NCBI GenBank assembly: GCA_015067485.1
Contig: SVMJ01000002.1
Span: 15,401 to 79,400 of the forward strand
Direction: 5' to 3'
From: Oscillospiraceae bacterium
GTDB taxonomy: Bacteria > Bacillota > Clostridia > Oscillospirales > JAAYXM01
Length of the DNA: 64,000 nucleotides
Program-made: the position numbers and the translations under genes
Notes under the pieces: generated by a model
What the model was told of the DNA's origin: nothing
The model's input: the letters and a program-made list of their open reading frames with translations, nothing else
The model's database searches: none
In this document: positions 56,924 through 64,000 of the stretch, one piece after another
How the letters are laid out: the number at the start of each line of letters is the position of its first letter
Numbering within the stretch: position 1 is the first letter of the stretch

Positions 56924-58465
56924 ATGGAATGGATTATTTGGATCGCATCGAGTGCGGTTTTGATGATCGTAGCATTCGCTTTCGGCATTTTCTACCGCAA
57001 AAGAATCGGTGAAAAGGAAATTGCCAGTGCAGAAGAAGAAGCAAAGCGCATTATCAATGAAGCAATCAAGACTTCTGAGAACAAAAAGCGCGAAGCATTG
57101 ATCGAAGCAAAAGAAGAAATTCACAAAAGCCGAGTCGAATTCGACAAGGAAGTCAAAGAACGCCGCAGTGAAGTGCAGAAACAAGAGCACCGCATTGCAC
57201 AGAAAGAAGAAGCGCTCGACAAAAAGTACGACGCAATCGAGAAAAAAGACGAACTTCTCTCAAAGAAAATCAAGGAAACCGATGCTCTTGCAGAAGAAGC
57301 ACGTCAGCTCAAGAAAAATCAGCTTGAACTTCTTGAACGTATTTCCGGTTACACCGCGGAAGAAGCAAAGCAGTACTTGATCGCGAACCTCGAGAGCGAA
57401 GTCAAGCACGAATATGCGGTTCGCATCCGTGAGATCGAAGCGCAGTTCAAGGAAGAATCCGATCAGAAGGCACGCGAACTCATTTCGCTGGCCATTCAGA
57501 AATGTGCGGCTGACCATGTCGCAGAAGCGACCGTGTCGGTCGTTCCGCTCCCCGGCGATGAAATGAAGGGTCGCATCATCGGCCGTGAAGGCAGAAACAT
57601 CCGTACCCTTGAAACCCTGACCGGGGTAGACCTTATCATTGACGATACACCGGAAGCGATTACGCTTTCGAGTTTTGACCCGGTTCGCCGTGAAGTGGCT
57701 CGTCTCTCGCTGGAAAAACTCATCGCAGACGGACGAATCCATCCGGCAAGAATCGAAGAAATGGTGGAAAAGGCACGCCGTGAAGTGGATGCAACCATCA
57801 AGCAGGAAGGCGAACGCGCCACCTTTGACACCGGGGTTCACGGCATCAATCCGGAACTCATCAAGATCTTGGGCAGATTGCGTTACCGTACCAGTTACGG
57901 TCAGAATGTGCTCAAACACTCCATCGAAGTTGCTCATATCGCGGGTCTGCTTGCAAGCGAACTCGGCGAAGATGTCATGATGGCAAAGCGCGCAGGTCTC
58001 TTGCATGATATCGGTAAAGCGGTCGACCATGAAGTGGAAGGCTCCCACGTCACCATCGGTGTCGATCTTGCTCGTAAGTATAAGGAAAACGAGGACATTG
58101 TCCACGCGATCCATGCGCACCATGGCGATGTCGAGCAGAAGACCGTGATTGCATGCTTGGTCCAGGCGGCAGACGCGATTTCCGCAGCACGTCCGGGCGC
58201 GAGACGAGAGAACTTGGAAAACTACATCAAGCGTTTGGAAAAACTCGAAGAGCTTGCAAACACCTTCAAGGGTGTTGAACGATCCTTCGCGATCCAGGCA
58301 GGTCGTGAGATCCGCATCATCGTAAAGCCCGATGAGGTAACCGATGACGATATGATCTTGCTCTCCCGCGATCTTGCAAAGAAGATCGAGGAAGAACTGG
58401 ATTATCCGGGTCAGATCAAAGTTCATCTCGTGCGTGAAACGAGAGCAATCGAATTTGCAAAATAA
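56924..58465 (+). CDS. rny: Ribonuclease Y
   Basis: N-terminal TM ([23 protein letters not shown]), a long charged coiled coil, KH ([15 protein letters not shown]) and HD ([12 protein letters not shown]). GGAGGTGG RBS. Confidence 0.93.
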   Translation: MEWIIWIASSAVLMIVAFAFGIFYRKRIGEKEIASAEEEAKRIINEAIKTSENKKREALIEAKEEIHKSRVEFDKEVKERRSEVQKQEHRIAQKEEALDKKYDAIEKKDELLSKKIKETDALAEEARQLKKNQLELLERISGYTAEEAKQYLIANLESEVKHEYAVRIREIEAQFKEESDQKARELISLAIQKCAADHVAEATVSVVPLPGDEMKGRIIGREGRNIRTLETLTGVDLIIDDTPEAITLSSFDPVRREVARLSLEKLIADGRIHPARIEEMVEKARREVDATIKQEGERATFDTGVHGINPELIKILGRLRYRTSYGQNVLKHSIEVAHIAGLLASELGEDVMMAKRAGLLHDIGKAVDHEVEGSHVTIGVDLARKYKENEDIVHAIHAHHGDVEQKTVIACLVQAADAISAARPGARRENLENYIKRLEKLEELANTFKGVERSFAIQAGREIRIIVKPDEVTDDDMILLSRDLAKKIEEELDYPGQIKVHLVRETRAIEFAK

Positions 58466-58476
58466 AACGAAAGCCG

Positions 58477-58527
58477 AAGGGCGTAACGAAAGGCGGTACA
58501 ACCAAATTCGTTGCGCCCTTTTCTCTT
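58477..58527 (+). terminator. Terminator/attenuator after rny
   Basis: 14-bp stem AAGGGCGTAACGAA/TTCGTTGCGCCCTT (one G:U) with a 16-nt loop, then TTTCTCTT. Confidence 0.55.
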
Positions 58528-58551
58528 AGTCTGTGAAAAAAGGGGCGACTT

Positions 58552-59331
58552 ATGTTGAAAATCTTAGCGATAGGCGATATCGTGGGCGAAATCGGTGTTC
58601 GTGCAGTCGAGCGCACACTCCGTACACTCCGAAACGAGTACGAAATCGATTTCACGGTTGCAAACGGGGAAAACGCATCGGGCATCGGCATCACTCCGCA
58701 TCAGGCGCAGCGCCTGTACACCGCGGGGGTAGACGTCATCACGCTCGGAAACCACGTTTGGGGCAGACGCGAAATCGCGCAATTTTTGGACGATGACGGC
58801 TACATCTTGCGCCCTGCAAACTTAGCAGACCTTGCCCCGGGTCGCGGTTATGGAATTTTCTCGGTGAAAAACAAATTACTCGGCGTGGTAAATCTCATCG
58901 GGCGTTGCGAAATGCACTTCGGTCCCGATAACCCCTTCCACGCGGCAAGTAAAATCGTAAAAGAGATCGCAAAGCAGACCAATTTGTGCGTGGTGGACTT
59001 CCACGCAAACGCAACCAGCGAAAAAGCCGCACTTTGCTATCATTTGGACGGAAAAGTCTCCGCCGTTTGGGGGACGCACACCCACGTCCAAACCGCAGAT
59101 GAGCGCATCTTCCCGCAAGGTACGGGCTTCTTGACCGATCTCGGTATGACAGGACCCATCGATTCGGTGCTCGGTGTGCGCGCGGAGCAGTCGGTACGGA
59201 TGTTCCGTGGGGAAGTCCCGTCCCGTTTTGAAACCGCGGACGGGGCTTGCGCGATTTGTGGTGCGGTATTTATCATCGATGAAGTGAGTGGAAAATGTGT
59301 CAGCGTGGAACGCATCCGTCGGGAGGGATGA
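58552..59331 (+). CDS. ymdB: YmdB-family metallophosphoesterase (2',3'-cyclic-nucleotide phosphodiesterase)
   Basis: MLKILAIGDIVGEIGVRAV...DFTVANGENASGIGIT...DFHANATSEK...GTHTHVQTAD. Conserved position after rny. Confidence 0.85.
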   Translation: MLKILAIGDIVGEIGVRAVERTLRTLRNEYEIDFTVANGENASGIGITPHQAQRLYTAGVDVITLGNHVWGRREIAQFLDDDGYILRPANLADLAPGRGYGIFSVKNKLLGVVNLIGRCEMHFGPDNPFHAASKIVKEIAKQTNLCVVDFHANATSEKAALCYHLDGKVSAVWGTHTHVQTADERIFPQGTGFLTDLGMTGPIDSVLGVRAEQSVRMFRGEVPSRFETADGACAICGAVFIIDEVSGKCVSVERIRREG

Positions 59332-59335
59332 CCAA

Positions 59336-60424
59336 ATGGTAAAAATCTTACACGCGGCAGACTTGCATCTGGACAGCGCATTCGTGGGTCTTTCGCCCGA
59401 AGCCGCGCGCGCCCGCCGTGCAGGTCAGCGAAAACTCCTTGAAACCATTGTAGAAAAGGCAAATGAACTGCAGGTGGATATTCTGATGCTTGCAGGTGAT
59501 ATTTTAGACGGGAAAAACGCATATTATGCAACCGCGGCGGCACTTTCGGGTTCTCTGAGCAAGTGTAACGCCAAAGTTTTTCTGGTCGCGGGGAACCATG
59601 ATCCGTTTGATGCGGCATCCCCCTATCGCACCGTGCGCTTCCCGAGTAATGTGCACTTTTTCCAAAGCGAACAGATCAAAAACGTAGAACTTCCCGAACT
59701 CGATTGCGTGGTATACGGGGCAAGTTTTTTGGATTCTGCGTGCGAAGCTCCGCTTCTTTCGGGATTTTCCGTCCCGAATGACGGAAAACTCCATGTCATG
59801 GTTCTGCACGGGGAATGCACCGAAGGCGCAAGTAAAAACAATCCCATCCGTAAACAGGATCTGGAAGCGAGCGGACTGCACTATGTCGCACTCGGGCACA
59901 TCCACAAACGCTCGGAACTCATGCGCGCGGGCAATACCGTGTACGCATACCCGGGTTGCCCGGAAGGTCGCGGGTTTGACGAATGCGGCGAAAAAGGCGT
60001 ACTGTTTGTTACGGTCAGCCGTGAAACGGTAAACGCCGAGTTCATTCCGCTTGAAGGCTTCCGCTATGAACAAACCGAACTTTCGGTAGAAAGCACCGAA
60101 GACGCGCGGGAAAAACTTGCAAACATCCTTGCTGAAGAGGATGAAAAACTCAATCTCCGTGTGATTTTGGTGGGAACGAGTGAAACGATTGACTTAAGCT
60201 CGCTCCAAACCGAATTTTCTGCGCGCGTGGGTCGTTTGGTTTTGGTTGACCACACCACTCCGCTTCGCTCCCCGTGGGAGGGCGAAGACGCGGAAAACTT
60301 AAAAGGCGCATTCCTGCGCAAATTACACATGGCTTATAACGCCGCGGATGCAGAAGAGCAGAACCTCATTCTGCAAGCGGTCAAATACGGCGTTGCGGCG
60401 CTTGAGAATCGGGAGGAAGCATGA
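59336..60424 (+). CDS. DNA repair exonuclease, SbcD/YhaO-like metallophosphoesterase
   Basis: MVKILHAADLHLDSAF...LAGDILD...GNHD...LHG...GHIH are calcineurin-like motifs. Confidence 0.8.
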   Translation: MVKILHAADLHLDSAFVGLSPEAARARRAGQRKLLETIVEKANELQVDILMLAGDILDGKNAYYATAAALSGSLSKCNAKVFLVAGNHDPFDAASPYRTVRFPSNVHFFQSEQIKNVELPELDCVVYGASFLDSACEAPLLSGFSVPNDGKLHVMVLHGECTEGASKNNPIRKQDLEASGLHYVALGHIHKRSELMRAGNTVYAYPGCPEGRGFDECGEKGVLFVTVSRETVNAEFIPLEGFRYEQTELSVESTEDAREKLANILAEEDEKLNLRVILVGTSETIDLSSLQTEFSARVGRLVLVDHTTPLRSPWEGEDAENLKGAFLRKLHMAYNAADAEEQNLILQAVKYGVAALENREEA

Positions 60425-62412
60425 TGATCTATCGAGAACTAAATGCGACTTTCGGTGCGCTCAGCAATGCAAAACTGGAACTGAAAGAGGGTCTGAACAT
60501 CGTTTACGGACCCAATGAATCGGGAAAATCCACCTGGAGCGCATTTCTGCGCGCCATGCTCTACGGAATTTCCACCCGCGAGCAAAGCAAAATCGGATTT
60601 TTGGCGGACAAAGAAAAGTACAAGCCCTGGTCGGGTGCGCCCATGTACGGGCGTTTGCGTCTGACGGTGGACGGTCGCCCGGTCTGCATTGAGCGCACAT
60701 CGGCACGCACCGGGATTTTGCAGAAAGCCACCGTAACTTATGAAGACACGGGTCTGGATGCAGGGATTCCTGAACCCCCGGGCGAAACCCTGCTTGGGGT
60801 CAAAAAAGAAGTGTTCGAGCGCAGCGCACTCACGCCGCAGGGCGCACTTGCGGTAACCGGGGACAAAGACGGGGAACTTGTGCGCAAAATCACCTCTTTG
60901 GTACAAACGGGGGATGATGAAACGAGTTTTTCCACCGCAAAAGCACGTTTGGAAAAGTGGCGCCGCGCCCGTAAATATAACAGAAGCGGAACCATCCCGA
61001 CCACCGAAGAAAAACTCGCACAGGATCTCTCCGAACTTGAGCGTTTGCGCGCGCAAGCAGCGGTTCTCGGCGAGCAGATTGCGAAAAAGAACGAATATCA
61101 GGAAGAAGCCGCGAAATTGGGCGAACTTCGTACTGCTTGGGAATCCCACCAAGCGGCGCAGAAACTTTCCGAGATCCGTGCGGCCGAAAAAAATCTTGAA
61201 ACCGCGCAAAGTCGTGTAAAACCATTGCCCGATGAAGCAAAACTCACGCGGGTATTGGAATTGGAACATATGTGGAAAGAAGCGCTTAGGAATCAAAATC
61301 AGCCCATGGAGACGGTGGATGTTTCTCGTGAAACAATTTCCTCGGTACTGCTCGGGGTGGCAGTTGGGGTGGTCTCGTTTGCCGCAGTCGGTGCTTTGTT
61401 TGGATCGATTCTGACTTGGAATATTGGTCTGATTTGTGGCGGGTTTGCAGGAATTTTGGCGTTTTGTGCCGGATTTATCATCGGTTCAGTTCGAAAAAAC
61501 AAAAAACTGCGTGAACTTGAGCGGCTGGATGTCGCGCAAAAAGAGGCGGCAGTTGGAAATGCCGAGCAAGCACTTGCTTCCACTTTGCATGAACTTGATG
61601 AAACTGCACGCATAGAAGAAGCATCTGTTGTGGTAGAGCGTATTCGTCGCGGTGCGGCAGAGATCCATCGCGCGATGTCGGATGTCGCAGTGGCAAATGA
61701 GCGCCTTTCCCTGCTCATGCGCGGGGTGGACCTTGCGGAACTGGAGCGGAAAGCCACGCTGTCCGGCGAAATCCCGCCCGAACTTGATTTGGAAGTCGCG
61801 ATGCAGCGTGTGGGATTTCTCACACGTGCCATTCATGATTTGGAACTCGATTGTACTGCCCGTCAGGCCGCGTTGGAAGCGAAAGGATCGATTGCGGAAC
61901 TCACCGAGCGCGCGGTAGAAGAAAAGAAAATCATTATGACTGCAGAGCGTGAATATTCCGCGCTTACCTTGGCACTTGACACACTCGCGGAAGTAAACGG
62001 GGAACTGGAACGCAGATTTGCGCCCGTCCTGGAGAAAAAAGCGGCAGAAATACTGAAAGATGTAACAAACGGACGGTTTGATACGGTGGATCTGCGCGGA
62101 ACCGAACTGGAACTCTCGGTGCATGAAAATCCGTCCGCGCCCCCGCGGAGTATTTTATCCCTTTCGGGCGGCACGCTGGATGAACTGTACCTGTGTCTGC
62201 GCCTTGCCATCTGCGATACCATCTTCGAAAAACCTGTTCCCATCATTTTGGACGATGTATTTGTCAACTATGATGACACGCGCCTTGCACGAATGCTGGC
62301 TCGCCTCAAAGAAATCGCAAAAGAGCGACAAGTTATTTTATTTACCTGTCATAAACGCGAAACCCTTGCACTGCAAGGTGATGCGCAGGTAAACTGCATC
62401 GAACTCGGATAG
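60421..62412 (+). CDS. SbcC/Rad50-like AAA ATPase (YhaN-like) with central hydrophobic hairpin
   Basis: Walker A GPNESGKST. Long coiled-coil regions. Two hydrophobic helices (VLLGVAVGVVSFAAVGALFGSIL / IGLICGGFAGILAFCAGFIIGSV). Signature LSGGTLDELYLCLRLAI and Walker B PIILDDVF. Start overlaps the upstream stop (ATGA). Confidence 0.75.
   Translation: MMIYRELNATFGALSNAKLELKEGLNIVYGPNESGKSTWSAFLRAMLYGISTREQSKIGFLADKEKYKPWSGAPMYGRLRLTVDGRPVCIERTSARTGILQKATVTYEDTGLDAGIPEPPGETLLGVKKEVFERSALTPQGALAVTGDKDGELVRKITSLVQTGDDETSFSTAKARLEKWRRARKYNRSGTIPTTEEKLAQDLSELERLRAQAAVLGEQIAKKNEYQEEAAKLGELRTAWESHQAAQKLSEIRAAEKNLETAQSRVKPLPDEAKLTRVLELEHMWKEALRNQNQPMETVDVSRETISSVLLGVAVGVVSFAAVGALFGSILTWNIGLICGGFAGILAFCAGFIIGSVRKNKKLRELERLDVAQKEAAVGNAEQALASTLHELDETARIEEASVVVERIRRGAAEIHRAMSDVAVANERLSLLMRGVDLAELERKATLSGEIPPELDLEVAMQRVGFLTRAIHDLELDCTARQAALEAKGSIAELTERAVEEKKIIMTAEREYSALTLALDTLAEVNGELERRFAPVLEKKAAEILKDVTNGRFDTVDLRGTELELSVHENPSAPPRSILSLSGGTLDELYLCLRLAICDTIFEKPVPIILDDVFVNYDDTRLARMLARLKEIAKERQVILFTCHKRETLALQGDAQVNCIELG
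61320..61335. promoter_or_regulatory. Near-consensus parS (15/16)
   Basis: TGTTTCTCGTGAAACA differs from the perfect sites at one position (A to T at position 7). It lies inside the YhaN-like gene (..DVSRETI..). Confidence 0.45.
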
Positions 62413-62506
62413 GCGAAAATGTGAAATTTCTGTGTTTTACTTGAGTTTTCGGAGAAAATGAAGTATAATTGATAGAAGAATTTGCTTTTCGATAAGGAGG
62501 TTCACA

Positions 62507-62854
62507 ATGACCATTCAAAACGAAAAAGGCACAATTGAAATTACAAATGAAGTTTTTACGATGATCAGCGGCAACGCGGCAACCAACTGCTTCGGAGTCA
62601 AAGGCATGGCATATCGCAATGTCAAAGACGGGATCGTCGGGCTTTTGAAGCGTGAGAATATTGCCAAAGGCGTGAAAGTCTCATTCGAAGACGATGAGGC
62701 GGTGATTGACTTGCATATCGTAGTGGAACACGGGGTCAACATCGCCACGGTCAGCAGTTCGATCATGACCGAAGTGAAATATATTGTGGAGCAGATGACG
62801 CGCGTGAAAGTCAAAAGCGTCAATGTCTTTGTCGATTCCATCATGGTCGGCTAA
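62507..62854 (+). CDS. Asp23/Gls24-family envelope stress protein
   Basis: GTIEITNEVFTMISGNAATNCFGVKGM...VIDLHIVVEHGVNIATVSSSIMTEVKYIVEQMT. AAGGAGG RBS. Confidence 0.85.
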   Translation: MTIQNEKGTIEITNEVFTMISGNAATNCFGVKGMAYRNVKDGIVGLLKRENIAKGVKVSFEDDEAVIDLHIVVEHGVNIATVSSSIMTEVKYIVEQMTRVKVKSVNVFVDSIMVG

Positions 62855-62869
62855 TCGGAGGTGCTTTGA

Positions 62870-64000
62870 GTGAAAGAGAAGATTACCGCTGCGGAATTTC
62901 GACAAATGATCCGGTCTGCCGCAGCAGCGATCGAGAACAACCGTCAGGTTCTCAATGAAATGAATGTTTTCCCGGTCCCGGACGGGGATACCGGAATCAA
63001 TATGTCCATGACCATCAATGCGGCGGACAAAGCGGTCGCATCCTTGCAGGCAGATAAAATTTCTGTAGTGGCAGATACCGCGGCATCCGCACTCCTTCGC
63101 GGCGCACGCGGAAACTCGGGCGTTATTTTGTCCCTGTTATTCCGTGGTTTCTCCAAATCCTGCGCGGGCAAAACCGAGCTGAATGCAAAAGACTTCGCCG
63201 AAGCGCTCAAATCCGGTGTGGATGCGGCATACCGCGCGGTCATGAAACCTGCGGAAGGTACGATCTTGACCGTCTCTCGTCTCGCGGCGGAAGCGGCTAT
63301 GGTTACCGCGGAAGAAAATACCGATATCGAAGTCGTTTTTGCGGACGCAATCGCTGCGGCAAACGTCGCACTTGCTGATACGATGAACGTAAACCCGGTT
63401 CTCAAGAAGGCAGGCGTGGTAGACGCCGGCGGCAAAGGCTGGGTTTTGGTGCTGGAAGCGATGGACGGATCCGTCAAGGGCAATCCCGTCGTGCGCGAAG
63501 CACCGTCGGAAGAGACCGAGAGTGCAGCATCTTTCTCAGAAATCGCAGACGAAGACATTGTATTTGCATATTGCACCGAATACATCATCAACCGTAGTGA
63601 CGCCGGCAAGAAGAAAGACCCGAAGATTTTGCGCGCAATGCTGGAATCCATCGGTGACTGTGTCGTCGTGGTCGACGATGAAGAAATCATCAAAGTCCAC
63701 GTGCATACCAATCAGCCTGACCGTGCGCTCAAAGAAGCGCTCACCTACGGAGATTTGGTCAATATCAAAATTGAAAATATGCGCGAGCAGCATACCCAGA
63801 AGGTGATTGACGAGCAGAAAAAAGGCGAACGCAAGATCGCGGCTCCCGAAAAGCCCTATGGCTTCGTAGTGGTCGCGGCAGGCGCGGGCATCTGCAGTGC
63901 GTACCGTGATCTGGGCGTGGATGAAATCGTGGAAGGCGGGCAGACCATGAACCCGTCCACCGAAGACATCCTGTCTGCAATCGATGCGACCCCGGCAGAA
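62870..64000 (+). CDS. DAK2-domain protein (YloV-like), 3' end outside window
   Basis: Not in the track because the ORF is open-ended. Hand translation from GTG 62870 (7 nt after GGAGGTG): VKEKITAAEFRQMIRSAAAAIENNRQVLNEMNVFPVPDGDTGINMSMT...RGARGNSGVILS. Follows asp23 as in other Firmicutes. Confidence 0.85.
   Translation, partial: MKEKITAAEFRQMIRSAAAAIENNRQVLNEMNVFPVPDGDTGINMSMTINAADKAVASLQADKISVVADTAASALLRGARGNSGVILSLLFRGFSKSCAGKTELNAKDFAEALKSGVDAAYRAVMKPAEGTILTVSRLAAEAAMVTAEENTDIEVVFADAIAAANVALADTMNVNPVLKKAGVVDAGGKGWVLVLEAMDGSVKGNPVVREAPSEETESAASFSEIADEDIVFAYCTEYIINRSDAGKKKDPKILRAMLESIGDCVVVVDDEEIIKVHVHTNQPDRALKEALTYGDLVNIKIENMREQHTQKVIDEQKKGERKIAAPEKPYGFVVVAAGAGICSAYRDLGVDEIVEGGQTMNPSTEDILSAIDATPAE

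Noticed and set aside
57260-58501. 413-aa ORF on the minus strand
   Set aside because: It is antisense to rny, with no supporting signals.
62944-63711. 255-aa ORF on the minus strand
   Set aside because: It is antisense to the open-ended DAK2/YloV gene. I translated that gene by hand from GTG 62870, and it has the PDGDTG and GNSG motifs.

Overview
This window reads as the replication-origin region of a Firmicutes/Clostridia chromosome. All calls come from reading the sequence and the ORF track; no database search was run. The core is a minus-strand run dnaA-dnaN-recF-remB-gyrB-gyrA-rnhA-nifS-nifU (33.5-44.1 kb). It diverges from a plus-strand run rpmH-rnpA-yidD-yidC-jag (44.3-46.7 kb). A cluster of DnaA boxes, TAG-type DnaA-trio repeats and an AT-rich tract lies in the dnaA-dnaN spacer (42546-42767).

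Right of the origin, nine genes sit on the minus strand: serS, a hypothetical, parB, parA, an HTH-only ParB paralog, rsmG, mnmG, a CYTH gene and a P-type ATPase. They are therefore head-on to the presumed rightward fork. Two perfect parS 16-mers lie in this block. Further right are rny-ymdB, an SbcD/YhaO-like and YhaN-like pair, asp23 and a DAK2/YloV gene that runs off the window.

Left of the origin are feoAB, an M23/LysM/G5 peptidase, pyridoxal kinase, and a long division/shape operon (zapA-U32-dut-maf-mreC-mreD-pbp2-minD-like-mgsA). Also there are two SLH-domain surface proteins, citrate synthase, spoIID, rpsF-ssb-rpsR, queT, galU and a partial ABC ATPase.

The two items I rate most worth follow-up are these. 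First, a clear T-box leader (23.2-23.5 kb) controls an atypical operon: an XRE-HTH + cupin + AMP-forming acyl-CoA synthetase fusion, followed by a tandem-ACT + metallo-beta-lactamase-fold protein. Second, a 150-bp block of AATGATG heptamer repeats forms an imperfect palindrome between tRNA-Arg(CCT) and a 3' stub of an SDR gene.

No CRISPR array, rRNA gene or intact mobile element was seen. Many long ORFs in the track are stop-free antisense frames of GC-rich genes and were rejected.
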